Assembly: GCA_964016885.1 (NCBI GenBank)
Contig: OZ024741.1
Coordinates: 154,256,001 to 154,320,000 of the forward strand
Direction of reading: 5' to 3'
DNA length: 64,000 nucleotides
Source of the DNA: Eledone cirrhosa
Taxonomy: Eukaryota
In this document: positions 1 through 12,817 of the stretch, one piece after another
Layout: the number at the start of each line of letters is the position of its first letter
Position numbering within the stretch: the first letter of the stretch is position 1
Translations under genes and position numbers: made by a program
The notes under the pieces: generated by a model
The model's database searches: none
What the model saw: only the letters and a program-made list of their open reading frames with translations
What the model was told of the DNA's origin: nothing

Positions 1-10
1 AGGAACTTAC

Positions 11-37
11 TAGATGGAACTCCATGGTTAGTTGTGC
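11..37 (-). CDS. Possible 27-nt microexon of the FER-like gene (AQLTMEFHL)
   Basis: cctccctccacAG|GCACAA...CTA|GTAAGT; frame-preserving, 77-nt intron from exon 8. Supported by splice motifs only. Confidence 0.45.
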
Positions 38-114
38 CTGTGGAGGGAGGACTTGTGTTATGTCATGGTAAAATATAAGTTAAAATCCAAACAGCATTTG
101 TTTTCTGTACTTAC

Positions 115-271
115 AAAATCCAAGTGTGGTATGGCAGGCGGTGGCTCACCATCAATTTCTTGTATCGACTGATCAATAAAGTCAGCAACAGCTTGAAAAT
201 GTAAATAGTTACATTTCATCTTGATGAAATTCCATTTATTGACAGATACTTTATGTTTCAGCTTTTGTAAT
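115..271 (-). CDS. FER: FER-like kinase coding exon 8
   Basis: tttAG|ATTACA...TTT|GTAAGT, 157 nt, ending IQEIDGEPPPAIPHLDF (cf. FER VQENDGKEPPP); phase 2/0. Confidence 0.8.
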
Positions 272-684
272 CTAAATAAACAAAAAAATAACAACAATAA
301 AAGCAAAAAAGAAATTTAGTTGAAATTGTCTGTGGCTCTATGATAAAAAAAACTGATTGTTTTAAAGTGCTTATATTTATCTAAAATCTTTCTGTCATAA
401 TTTTATATAAGAACCTTTGTCAAGTTATGTCCCCAACACTAACCTAATAATGGAGTTAGTTATATTACTTAATCCTTCTAAATTCTTGATTATTTTCAAA
501 AATAATTGAAAATCATAGACAGTGTTTTTCATTAGAAATATAGTAATGAAAAGGTTAAAATATTCTAAAAAAATAACAACTGGGAAAACAGTTTAATAGA
601 ATAACAGTTTAACAGAATAATAAAATAAACTAGTAAAAAGTACCAAAAAACAATAATGGTAGAAAGTAAGAAAGATAAACATAC

Positions 685-825
685 TCCAATATTGTGGTGT
701 TCTCATCTTTCTCCTTTAAAAGTCTAGCACATGTCTCAACATCTGCCTCCAGTTGAGTCTGTTCTTTCAACACATTGTTCTTTTGTTCCTCATATTTTGT
801 CACATCTTTACGAATATCTTCAAGT
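685..825 (-). CDS. FER: FER-like kinase coding exon 7 (coiled-coil/FX region)
   Basis: gccAG|ACTTGA...GGA|GTATGT, 141 nt, charged coiled-coil-like peptide LEDIRKDVTKYEEQK...; phase 2/2. Confidence 0.8.
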
Positions 826-1141
826 CTGGCAAAATACAAAATTAAAAGAAGTTTGCACATTACCAAACTTATAATTCTTGACATTCTGTATCACATGAAA
901 CCACATTAGCAAAACATTCTTTAAAAACAGCATTATGACTACATCACATTAAAAATTAGTCTTTAGTTTATATATTACTCTCTAACATGATATCTTAATT
1001 TCTAACATTATATATTGTGGATATAAAATCCCGCCGAGGTTAACTTTGCCTTTCTTCCTTACGGGTCGATAAAATAAAGTACCAGTAATACACTGGGATA
1101 ATTGCTGGCCTTGTGCCAAAAGTAGAAACAATTATATATTA

Positions 1142-1325
1142 TGGATTGGCAGTATCAGTAGAGGGTCAGACGCCATACTTTGATGCAAAGAGTTACGTCC
1201 CTTTACGATCTGAGTTCAAATCCTGCCGAGGTTAACTTTGCCTTTCATCCTTACGGGGTCGATGAAATAAAGTACCAGTAATGTACTGAGTAATTGCTGG
1301 CCTTGTGCAAAAAGTAGAAACAATT
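1142..1325 (+). mobile_element. tRNA-derived SINE with Nin/Deu-like central domain (family 1)
   Basis: B-box-like GAGTTCAAATCC followed by GCCTTTCATCCTTACGGGGTCGATAAAATAAAGTACCAG. Near-identical copies at 1025-1132 (+, partial), 4070-4253 (-), 22524-22640 (-) and 26957-27133 (-). Confidence 0.7.
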
Positions 1326-1453
1326 ATATATTAATTTCTTAAATAACAGATTTCTAATATATTGATAACTAACATATATAGATTTTTAAAATTATATATT
1401 TTATTGAAATTCTAAAGCTAATCTGAAAGTATGGCTTTTAGTAGAATACTTAC

Positions 1454-1576
1454 TTTTGTTTAACAGCTGTGGCAGTGAGGTCATCAATGGCCAATTTGTC
1501 TGCTTTGAGTGTACCTGAGTAGTCACTGAGTAGGGCTGTTGTGAAGGTCACCTTCTCACCAGTCAAAGGATTCGAC
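1454..1576 (-). CDS. FER: FER-like kinase coding exon 6
   Basis: ttAG|GTCGAA...AAA|GTAAGT, 123 nt, VTFTTALLSDYSGTLKADKLAIDDLTA (cf. FER IEFDTSLL...LQANEIMWNNLTA); phase 2/2. Confidence 0.85.
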
Positions 1577-2918
1577 CTAATGAACAAAATAATAATAATA
1601 CACATATGTACACACATATATATATATTGATAACAATATGGCGTCTTAATAAATGTAAACAAACGTTTTGACAGTGAGTTGTTGGTCTATATGGAAGACA
1701 ATATGTTGAGGTATTTGCTTATAAATGATTGATTTCGATAAGTCCCAATAAGAGACAAAATCATAAATTAATATTTAATGTAAAACCATATTTGGTAATA
1801 CTTTAATGAATAATTTGCTTCATGCGTAATTATTATTTTTAACACATGCTTGTTTGTAACATTTCTCAAGGAAGTATGAAACATAGCATTTTGTACTGGT
1901 TATTATAATAAATTACCGTATTTTGAGCTGTTTTAACTCCACTCTTTCCAGTTTTTATATTATTTAAAAAAAAGAACAACAATATTTTTTCATATATATA
2001 TATATGTGTGTGTGTGTGTGTTTATATGTAAATATATATATGTGTAATTATATATGTGTGTGTGCGTATATGGTATGGACCCATAACTAATGAAGTTGTA
2101 GGGGTGCCATTTTGACATATGGCATGTTTTAGAGAGCATTTTTACAGCTGGCAGAACCCATCCCCTCTCCAGGCTTGAGTACAGTAGATTTCTTCCAGAG
2201 GATAGAGAGTGAGAGAAAGGAAGTGAGGAAGAGATATATATTCCAGTTTGTATGATTGTTCATATATATAAGCACTAATCCAGAACTCTGATGTACAAGT
2301 CCATTACTTTAAATTAAAATATTCTAACATAATTTTACATAAGAGTCATATGTTAAGGTACTATCTTTGTAATGAAATAATTAATAATTTTAATAAATCC
2401 ATCAAATTGTCTCATCAATTGAAATAGAGTGTTCATATTTAATTTCAAATCTTCCAGCATAATTTTATATAAGAACCATATGTTAAGTTACTATCTTAGT
2501 AATAAAATAATCAATTTTCGTAAAAACCCTGAGATTCTTAATTAATTAATTGAAACAAACTGTATTTCATTAGAAATACAGGCATGAAAAGGTTAGCTTT
2601 TGTATTAATGAATAACTATTTAGAATGTTGACCTGCAGCTATAATAAATAAAATTTATTGTCCAAGATGTTATGCAGTGTGATCAAATTCTGGACTTTGT
2701 GATTGCAAAGCAAAATTCTTAACCATTCGGCTGTGATGCATCTGGTTAGAGATGATGGAGGAGGAAATGAAATTGGTGAGGTGGGCATGCAGACAATAGG
2801 GCAAAATGGAAAAGTTTACCATGTGGGACTCTGCTAGGCTAAGGAAAATGTTAAATTCCCTGAAAAAAAAACAAAAAACGAAAAAAGAAATAGTGGTAAA
2901 AATATAATAAACCCTTAC

Positions 2919-3056
2919 TTATGTTTGGCAACAAAGTCCTGAAAATATTGATCTGGTTCAATATTATTGACACTCTTCGCTATTACACTTGTGGTGGAAC
3001 TGGGTTTTGACATTGTCAAGTCTGTCAGTTGAGTGTATTGAGACAAAATGTATTTC
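2919..3056 (-). CDS. FER: FER-like kinase coding exon 5
   Basis: ccAG|GAAATA...TAA|GTAAGG, 138 nt, KYILSQYTQLTDL...SVNNIEPDQYFQDFVAKH; phase 2/2. Confidence 0.85.
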
Positions 3057-4361
3057 CTGGGAAAAAGAAAACAATATTAGTACATTACGTTAATCATCAT
3101 CATCATCATCATCATCATTGTATGTCCACTTTTCATGTGGGTGTGGATTGAATGTGTTGCCAAAGTTCAAGATGAGATTGGTTGGAAAACCACATCTTGT
3201 ACACTGTTCCATATTTGGCAGGGTTTCTACTCTTTTTAACATTAACTATGTATATTACAAGGTGTATAGGGTGCATTTTCTTGTGACAACCAGCAGTACC
3301 ACTTTACAGAGTGTATTGGGTGCATTTTATTGTGGCAACCACACTAGAGAGGTTGTCATATGCTCAGCCAGGCTGAAAAGTCTTATCTACTCTATATTGT
3401 CTCCATTCAAACATCAACTATTTTACAAAGTATACTGTGTGCATGTGTACATTTTACTATCATATTGTATTTTATCAGGATACTGTGTATTTTATTGAGG
3501 TACTGTGAACATTTTATTGTAGTACTGTGTACATTTTATCATTTTAACTCTTCACAGTCTCTATTGGTTTTGCAAAAAATATCTAAAAACTAGTTAATTC
3601 AAATGTGGACAAATCATTGAGGAAATATTAGTGTAAAGACCTTGATATTTAATATGATGTAGTCACTGTGTTTTTTTAAACTTTTTAAGAATGTTGTACT
3701 AATGTAGTTTCATGTGGTACAGGATGTTAAGAGTTAAAGAAATGTGAAATGATTAACACCAACACCTAGGATCAGCTATGATTATTAAAGCCTACATATT
3801 GAAAAAGTAATATTTATCACATATATAATACTGAATAATAATATTATCAGATACCATACAACACTAAATAATGTTAGCACACATTATATAATGCCAGCTA
3901 ATAAAATTATTACATATAATAAAACACTAGATAGCAGTGGAACATTATCATCATCATCATCGTTTAACGTCCATTTTCCACGCTAGCATGGGTCTGGAGT
4001 TATATAATATTGATTATTATCACACATACAATACCAAATAAGGTTATCACACATTGCATCATATCATATAATTGTTTCTACTTTTGGCACAAGGTCAGCA
4101 ATTACCCAGTGCATTACTGGTACTTTATTTTATCGACCCCGTAAGGATGAAAGGCAAAGTTAACCTCGGCGGGATTTGAACTCAGATCATACAGGGAGGT
4201 AACTCTATGCTTCACAGCATGGCATCCAACCCTCTACCGATACTGCCAATCCAATATGTGATCACATTGCATCATATCATATAATGTTATCACATATATA
4301 ATACGAGATAGTAATGTTATCACAAAGTATACAATACCAAAGAATAATGTTACTACATATA

Positions 4362-5277
4362 CAAGGTGTGTCAGAAAAGTTCCAGGACTGATGTCACAAA
4401 AGATTTATTTCAAACCCAAACTTCACACTAAGAGTTTTCTCCTTCAAAGTAATCCCCCTGGTGTATGTAACTGTAATCTTAGCTCTCTGCAGCAATCAAA
4501 CTTTTTTCTTCATAATTTTATATACATGTCCTCTGTTTCTGGTCGTCAAGCAATGAGCACAGAGCAACGAACAAACTTGAAGTTTCTGGTACGGTTGAGG
4601 AAAACTCTGTCAGAAGCACTGGGATTGCTGCAGCAAGTGTATGGTGATGAGACGATGTCACGCTCACGTGTCTTTGAGTGGTGCAAGAGGTTTAAAGAAG
4701 GATGCGAGGACATGGAAGATGACCCCAGGAGCGGAAGGCCCTCAACAACCAGGACTGAGGTCAACGTTGAGCGCGTCGGGCAGATGGTGTGTAGCGATCG
4801 TTGGCTGACTGTTCGACTGATGGCAAATGAGCTGGGTATGAATCAGGACAGCGTCTGGAAGATTCTCACTGAAGATTTGGACATGCGGAAAGTCTGCGCG
4901 AAAATGGTGCCAAACTGTTGAACGATGACCAGAAGGGTCGACGCATGCAAGTGTGCCAGGACATCCTCGAGCGTCTTGAAACCGAACCAGACTTGCTAGG
5001 GACAGTCATCAACGCTGATGAGTCATGGATCTTCGAGTACAACTCGGAGGGGTCCCTTTTTGAAGATGTGGATGACATCAAAAAGGCCGTGATGACGGAA
5101 CTGCAGAGGATCCCGGAAGAATCCTTCCAGGAGTGCATGCAAGCGTGGCAGAAAAGGATGGAAAAGTGCATTAGACTCCAGGGGAATTACTTTGAAGGAG
5201 AAAACTCTTAGTGTGAAGTTTGGGTTTGAAATAAATCTTTTGTGACATCAGTCCTGGAACTTTTCTGACACACCTCG
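4362..5277 (+). mobile_element. Internally deleted mariner element with ~100-bp TIRs
   Basis: TA flanks; inverted repeats 4362-4461 and 5178-5277. Transposase remnants EQRTNLKF...RSGRP...KVCAKMVP, ADESWIFEY and KCIRLQGNYFE; frameshifted, with most of the catalytic domain missing. Confidence 0.9.
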
Positions 5278-5544
5278 TATAATACCAAATAAGGTTATCA
5301 AAATAGTAATACCAAATAGTAATGTTATCTTATATATAATGGTTTCTGATTTAGGCACAAGGCCAACAATCTTGTGCCATGATAAAAAGCACCCAATCCA
5401 CATTGTAAATATGGTTGGCATTACGAAGGTCATCCAGCTGTAGAAACCAAGCCAGAAACAGTTCTGTATGAGCGAGACAAAGTCATCTGATTTGACTTGT
5501 CTTGCTCATACAGAACTGTTTCTGGTTTGGTTTCTACAGCTGGA

Positions 5545-6363
5545 TCATCATCATCATCATCACTGCTTTACGTCTGTTCTTCCACGCTAACATGGGTTAG
5601 ACGGGTTGTCCTGTTGTGAGCAGTGTCTGGTCGGCTGACCTTGTCTTGCTCATACGTAAACTGATTCTGGCTTGATTTCTACAGCTGGATGCCCTTCCTA
5701 ACACCAACCTCATTTACAGTGAGTGCTGGGTGCTTTTTTTTTTTCCCATGGCACTTACACGCCCACTTTACAGTGTGGGCTGGGTGCTTTTTTTGCTGTG
5801 GCACCTCCACGACCACTTTGCAGTGGAATGATAGGGACCCCAGCCCTATCATCTCATTTCTACAGCTGAGTAAACTGGAGCAATGTGAAATAAAGTGTCT
5901 TGTTCAAGGAAACAACACATCACCCGGTCCGAGAATTGAACTCGCAACCCTTCGATTGCAAGCCCAATACTCTAACCACTAAGCCATGTGCCTCCATATG
6001 GATGACCTTCCTAATGCCAACAATATAATATATATATCATCATCATCATCATTTTACGTCCGCTTTTCCCTGCTTGCAAGGGTGGCACAGGAACTGATTC
6101 TGGCTTGATTTCTACAGCTGGATGCCCTTCCTAACACCAACCTCATTTACAGTGAGTGTTGGGTCCTTTTTTGCTGTGGCACCTCCACGACCACAGTAGA
6201 ATGATATGGACCCCAGTCCTTATCTCATTTCTACAGCTGAGTAAACTGGAGCAATGTGAAATAAAGTGTCTTACTCAAGGAAACAACACATCACTCGGTC
6301 TGAGAATTGAACTCACAACCTTTCGATTGCAAGGTCAATGCTCTAACCACTAAGCCATGTGCC
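5545..6363 (-). mobile_element. Two adjacent tRNA-derived SINEs with RTE-type (GAT)n tails (family 2)
   Basis: Reverse complements of the element at 39420-39758, at about 5545-5997 and 6037-6363. Confidence 0.75.
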
Positions 6364-6518
<155 letters not shown>

Positions 6519-6524
6519 TCATAC

Positions 6525-6714
6525 CATCCTTCTGTGAGACCAATGTGCGATTCTTCATGGTGTGTCAAGAATGACGGCAAAAGTTTAACAAGATAGTCAT
6601 TCTGGTGCAATGATGCTACTTTTATTGCAATTATGTATTCATTGTGTAGTTTGTGCAGCTTGGAGGTCGTTCGAAGGTAGTGTGATTTAGCGTCTTCAAT
6701 TTTTTTCACTTTTC
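6525..6714 (-). CDS. FER: FER-like kinase coding exon 4
   Basis: ccAG|GAAAAG...ATG|GTATGA, 190 nt, containing the KLHKLHNEYIIAI...HQNDY...LLP motif typical of the FER/FES F-BAR; phase 1/2. Confidence 0.9.
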
Positions 6715-7377
6715 CTGGAAAAACAAGGGGAGAGAAGGTACATAATTAAATAAATGAACATAATTAAATTTGAACCTCTTTTTATCAAAAGAAAATATAT
6801 TAAATGTACATGTCACTACCTCTCTGTGTGACACAATATCTACAAAAGTCACCCCTTGTTATCAGCACCATGATTCATTTCTTTTCCTTTGAAAAAGAGA
6901 ACCTAACTCCAAAAATCATAAAATATAAGGCAAAAGTGTAAACTTTTCTTTTATTTTCTTTGTTTTATTTTACTCTAGTTTTCACTCTTGTATTTCTAAC
7001 TAGCATTGTACTAGCTTTCTCAAAACAATCCTAATATTTCACAATGCTTCATATGAATGATGGTGAATTGGCTGAGTCATAAGGCTGTCGAATTCAATGC
7101 CTCAGTATTTCTTCTGGCTCACTGTGCTCTATTCAACCAAAGTCAACTTCACCTTTTATCCTGTCAGAGTCGATAAATAAAGTATCGGTCTAGGGGATCA
7201 GGGGTTGGAGGAATTGTTAAAAAGTCAAATGAAAGGCTTTGCTTTATCTAATCCACCCAAAGGAAGCATTTTTTCCATTGATCTGATCTAATAATCAGGT
7301 CCTTTTCTTTCTCTTCTCATATAAACTATGAAAAAAAAGTCAAGTTAAGTACACCCAATCAAAGAAATTAGACATAC

Positions 7378-7474
7378 CTTTTGCACATAAATCATCATAT
7401 CGGGCTTTATCAACTTTGAATTTATCGATTATTCGGGTGTAGTCATTCTCTTGTTTGTTCACATCATCTTGGAT
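7378..7474 (-). CDS. FER: FER-like kinase coding exon 3
   Basis: ctAG|ATCCAA...AAG|GTATGT, 97 nt, IQDDVNKQENDYTRIIDKFKVDKARYDDLCAK; phase 0/1. Confidence 0.85.
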
Positions 7475-7528
7475 CTAGAGAAACAAATGGGAAATAAAAT
7501 TAATAGCTTTTTATATTGAAGTATTTCT

Positions 7529-7735
7529 GTGTGTATCTGGTTTAAAATAAGTACACTGTATCCCTGTGTGTACCTGGTTTACAATAGGTACACTCTATCC
7601 CTGTGTATATCTGGTTAAGAATAGGTACTCTGTATCCTGTGTGTATCTGCTTTGGAAGAGTTACATGGCATCCCTATGTGTATCTGGTTTACAATATGTA
7701 CACTGTATCCTTGTGTGCACTCAGTTTAGAATGTG
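7529..7735. repeat. Degenerate ~37-bp tandem repeat (about 5 copies)
   Basis: Recurring GTGTGTATCTGGTTTA..ATA.GTACACTGTATCCCT. Confidence 0.65.
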
Positions 7736-7766
<31 letters not shown>

Positions 7767-8507
7767 CTGTAAACGTGATTGGTGTAAAAATATATATATA
7801 TCATCATCGTTATCATCGTCACCGTTTAACATCTATATTTCCAGGCTTGCATGGGTCCACGAACAGGTTTGGCCAGTTGGCTGAGCCAAACCTTGCTCAA
7901 ACAGAAATATGTTTTGGCTGGGATTTTTACAGCTGTATGCCCTTCCTAATACCAGCCACGTTTACAGCGTGGAACTGGGTGGTCCTATTATGAAACAAGT
8001 CTGGCCAGATAGGTGCACCGTACCTTGCAAAAATAGGGACTGTGAGATGGCTGGGTTTTTATGGCTGTTGGATGTCCTTCTTAACACCAACCATGTTTAC
8101 AGTGTGGAGCTGGGCAGCACCGTTATGAGAAGGGTCTGGCCAGTTGGATGTGCTATACCCTGTTCACAGAGGAATTGTACCCATTATGAGGGAGGTCTGG
8201 CCAGTTGGCTGCACTATGCTTTGCACATATAAGGACTGTGTGTTGGCTGGGTTTTTACAGCTGCTGGATGCCCTCATGCCAACCACGTTTATAGTGGGAG
8301 CTGGATGGCACCGCTATGAGGAGGGTCTGGTGTATCTCTCTCTCTCTCTTATATATCATTATCATCGTTTAATGTCTCTCTTCCACGCTAGCATGGGTTA
8401 GACGGGAATTGTCCCATTTGAAGCAACATTGGTCGGGTGACCATGTCTCGCTCATATAGGACTATCTGGCAGGTTTTCTATGGCTGTATGCCCTTCCTAA
8501 CACCAAC

Positions 8508-8539
<32 letters not shown>

Positions 8540-8599
8540 ATCAATGGTGTTTATGAAGAGTTGAGAAAATTATGAAATTTGAATGTGTGTTAGCTTAAT

Positions 8600-8801
8600 C
8601 TAAGCTGCTTTAAAAGGTTTTTGGACAATGAAAAATGGTTGCACAAGTTAAGCATATAAGCCCCAAGAGAACGAAAAAAGTGGACAGCATCGCCTCTAGG
8701 ACTTGAACTCACACTTGCCATAAGCTGGATGGATTAGGGCTTATATGCCCAACTTGAACAACTATTTTTGATAGTAAAAAAACTTGCTTTGAAGCAGCTA
8801 A
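8600..8801. mobile_element. Degenerate MITE with ~65-bp imperfect inverted repeats
   Basis: TAAGCTGCTTTAAAA...CAAGTTAAGCATATAAGCCC versus GGGCTTATATGCCCAACTTG...TTTGAAGCAGCTAA. Confidence 0.55.
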
Positions 8802-8862
8802 CTTTAATCTACATTCAAAATTCACACACACAAACACACACAAATACAGCATATATATTTAC

Positions 8863-9036
8863 CTTCAATAGTTCTTCATCAAGATAGATCCTTTCTTCTA
8901 TGTAGGACTTCTTAGCAGATTTCTTCTCCAGTATTAAATTTCCTAAAGCTTTTAATGTTTTGGAGCTAAGTTCGTCAACATTTCGTCGCACATGGTTCAC
9001 AAGTTTTTCTGTCTCTTCAATAATACAGTTCCAGGC
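8863..9036 (-). CDS. FER: FER-like kinase coding exon 2 (F-BAR)
   Basis: atAG|GCCTGG...AAG|GTAAAT, 174 nt, AWNCIIEETEKLVNHV...EKKSAKKSYIEERIYLDEELLK; phase 0/0. Confidence 0.9.
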
Positions 9037-9879
9037 CTATAAATATACAGAAAAGTGGGAAGTTTTTATTAATAGAGAAGGGGAAAGATAAGACAAGTAG
9101 CACTGGGAAAATACACTGCCTATAACTATTGTCGGGCCTACTAGAAAGATACTGTCTATAACTATTGTAGGATCTATGAAACACTCTCTGTGACTATTGT
9201 AGGGCCTACTTAATTGGCACTGTGTCACATTCATAGGATTTATAAGAAAGAGTAGTGTTTGTGACCTTTGTAGGTCTACACGATGGGCACTCTCTGTGAA
9301 CATTGTAGGACACTGTGATTTTTGTAGGGTAAAGGTAAATAGATCTCTGACTACCAACAGCAGCATTTGGGGGTTAACCCCATGAACAAACAGGTATCTG
9401 GTTCAGGGGAAGGATCAATCCATGATAGGATTGGGGCTTCCCTCACTAATACATCAGAGAAACCTCATTATAGTAAGAATGGCCTGATTGAATGGGCCTG
9501 TAGGCTTAAGAGTTCAGAGAGAAGAGGGTCACTTTCCTATGGTGTTCTTAGCAATCAGGGTGTTTTCAGATCTGTGAGGTTCCTTAATTACCTCTGTATG
9601 GTGCTCCATCCTATGGTGGAATTCTGTTGTTTTCAATTTGTTGTTAATTATGTTGTTTTTTTCTATTCATGTTTGTTTAAGTGTAAATCTCTACTGTCCC
9701 TGTTTATTGTATTGTTTTTGATGTGTTTGCCGTTGTGGCCAATAAAGAAATTATTCTCATTATTTGAAATTTCTTTGAATTCTGCTTCTCTCTATATCAT
9801 ACTGAGTGTCAACTTGACACCTGAGGCAAATTTTATTAATACACACATTCAACAATTGTCATACAAATGATACCATGAA

Positions 9880-11590
9880 GTCATGAACAAAACAGTAAAT
9901 GTCTTTGCAAGGTATTTAAATTGATAATCGACAGTGCCAGTTAGCACTATTTTCTGTATCTCTTGCAGAACTGGTTTTCCAGTATCTGGTCCAAATATTT
10001 TTTATCCTTCCAAGTGCACTAACTATCACTGGTAGTGTACAGGCCTTAAGATGTCACATTTTCTCAATTTCAATTGTCAGATCTTTATATTTACTGAGCT
10101 TTCAGAAGTCTTTCTGGAAGATGTTATGACCTGATGGGATGCTCATGTCAATTAAGAAACATGTTTTCTTTTTATGGTCCCTCACAATTATATCGGGTCT
10201 ATTGGCCTCAATCGTATTGTTGGAATTTACAGGAAAATCCCATAGAATTGTCACATTCATGCTTCCTATTACTGCATCTGGGAGATGCTTCTACCATAAA
10301 ACCAACATATTACCCAGTGTAAATATTACCTTACTCTATCATGCCTAGTTTTATATTCCTGAGGAGCTAATACTTTGCAGCCTGAAATCAGGTGGTCAAT
10401 GATTTCAACCTGCTCATCATAAAATTGACACTTTGGGTCAGTTCCATTTCTAATTGTATTGGCTTGAAAGTTGTACATTGAAAGACACTGATCTTATGCA
10501 ACCAAAATGAAGCCCTTACTCTCCACTTTTAGCCCCAAACTCCACAGCTATTGATGGCTGAGAGTTTGATCTATATTAGATTCTTTACTATGATCTATAT
10601 TAGATTCTTTATCATTTTTCGCCAACTTTTTGATGCTCTTGCAGCCTTAATTACAGAATCATTATCATTTTCAAAATGTATTCCCAATTCTTCCACAAGC
10701 TTCCTAGTTTCCTTCATGATTGAATGTAAATTCTTCTTTCTTTCATAATCTGCAACCATTTTCAGCATATAGTCATTCTGTAGATTTAAGGTAGTGTTCA
10801 AGTCCAATAGTTAAAATTTTGCATGACAGCTCAGGCTGGATCATTCCTCCACCTCCACTTTGTCCAGGGAAATAGAGGTGATCCACATTTGCTTTTCGGT
10901 GTGTGTAGTTTATTGCAGTTCAGAAGTTTCCTGATTTTGTTGCCCATTTTCTTTAATTCAGTAATGTTCCAATTTATGATATCAATGACAACTGAGGTTG
11001 CAAGAGCATTTATAGCATATATTTTATTCTTTTAGCTGAGCTCAGTTTTCAAGACATTAAGTACTCTCTGGTAGCATTCCATCCTGATTTTCTCTTTTGA
11101 CATGGTGAAAATTTTGGTCTTTATTGGTCCCTAAATATTTGTAAGTTTGTTCCAATCCCTTAATTATTGTATTCACATCTATTTCCATTGAGTTTATGCT
11201 TGTCACTCTGTCTTTTTTCAATGTTGCTTTTGCACATTCTTCCAGTCCAAACTCCAATCCTACACCACCACTAAACACCTTAATTGTCTTCAACAGTACT
11301 TCCAATTCCTAGTCATTTCTCGCATACAGTTTCAAGTCATCCATATAAAACAAATGATTTATGGTTTTGCCATCTATTTTGTAGCCATATTTTGTATTGT
11401 TGAGCTCTAAAGTCAGAAGTATAAGAGAAATGCAAAATATAAGAGGAGAAAACAAACCCCTTGAAAAATGCCAGTGACAATAATAGATTTATATTCCATA
11501 AAGACATGTATTTCAGGAAGTTTGATATTACAGGGGAAATTTTCAGAATATCCAAGGTTTTTAAAATCCATGAGTGCATGCTTTTTTATA
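9880..11590 (-). mobile_element. Decayed R4/Dong/NeSL-type (RLE) non-LTR retrotransposon
   Basis: Minus-strand remnants INHLFYMDDLKLYARND, GLEFGLEECAK, TYKYLG, a CCHC-region IDHLISGC and KLSKYKDLTIEIEKM; many stops and frameshifts. Confidence 0.8.
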
Positions 11591-11723
11591 GTTAATCCAA
11601 ACTTCTGTCATCATTGGCATTGGTGTCAGCAGTGTCATTGTCATCATCAGGTTTTAACTATAACAACCTGCATATTTAATTCATCAAAAACTTTCAAAGA
11701 TAGTTCCTATGTAATTGTAAACT

Positions 11724-11963
11724 TTAACTCTTCTGATACCAAACTACCAGAAACTACCTCTGATTTATGATAAAAAGTTGTTTTAACTTTTTATATTTAT
11801 CTAAAAACTTTCCATCATAATTCTATGTAAGGACCTTAATTATGTTGTTTCAAAAATAATAACATTATATTACTAAATCCCACCAAACTCTTGATTACTT
11901 TCAAAATTATTTGAAAATCATAGGCAGTAGGTTTCATTAGAGATGTAGTGATAAAAGGGTTAA
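11724..11963. mobile_element. TTAA-flanked piggyBac-like MITE (abundant AT-rich family)
   Basis: TTAA-CTCTT...AAGGG-TTAA. Related copies at about 340-558, 2310-2595, 12306-12544, 14460-14646, 23575-23695 and 24426-25500. Confidence 0.6.
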
Positions 11964-12610
11964 AACAATGCACATAAGGAGCTGAAAGCTCATACATATC
12001 AACATAACAATGAATGTTTTAAGGTAATTTTCCTTGCTTAAAGCATGGGTTAGCAGCATGACAAACTTCTCCATTTTGCTTTATTGCTTGCATATCAACC
12101 TCACCAATCTCCTGGCTTTCATTCCCTCCTCCATCATATTTAGCCAAGGCTTCAATGCATGCATCATGGCCAAATGGTCAAGAAGTTCGCTTTGAAATCA
12201 TAAAGCCCAGAGTTTGATCACACTGCATGAGATCTTGAGCAACATTTATGTCATTTATTATAGCTGTGGGTCGACATTCTACATGGTTATTCATAAATAC
12301 AAAAGTTAACTCCTTCGTGACTGTATTTCTAATGAAATACACTTTATTTCAATTAATTAATGAAGAATTTTAAGGCATTTGCTTAAATTAATAGTTATAT
12401 AATTACTAAGATAGTAATTTAAACAGATGGTTCTTATAAAATTATCTTGGAAAAATAAAATTTAAATAGGAATCTTTTAAAATGGATGGTTTTGTTTCAT
12501 AGAAGCAAAAGTAGTTTTAGCTGGATTGGTATCAAAAGAGTTACAGAAATTATATGTAAAAGAAATTATATATAAAAAAAAAACTTTATTTCAGGTAAAC
12601 AGTTACTTAC

Positions 12611-12817
12611 TCGATACACTGAGGTTTGAAATTCTATGGTTCCTATTTTCTGTGCTGCTTGTAGGAAGTTAGAGAGCATGTCAACATATTTGCGGTCACC
12701 TTCCACACGAATGGCCATACATTTCTTCATGGTCTCCATAAGGCTAAGTTCTTCATCCAACAAACGAATGAGGGCCTCATGTGATGTCCTGCCTTGGAGG
12801 TCATTGGCAATACCCAT
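12611..12817 (-). CDS. FER: FER/FES-family tyrosine kinase, first coding exon (F-BAR/FCH N-terminus)
   Basis: MGIANDLQGRTSHEALIRLLDEELSLMETMKKCMAIRVEGDRKY resembles the FER/Fps85D N-terminus as I recall it ([33 protein letters not shown]). An acceptor (ttgtAG) lies 4 nt before the ATG, implying an upstream UTR exon. Donor GTAAGT after 12611; 207 nt, phase 0. Confidence 0.9.

Noticed and set aside
5015-5025. CTGATGA hammerhead core (also CTGANGA at about 19818, 20248 and 31019)
   Set aside because: No flanking stems or correctly placed GAAA; these lie in transposase, SINE, Helitron or PBS sequence.
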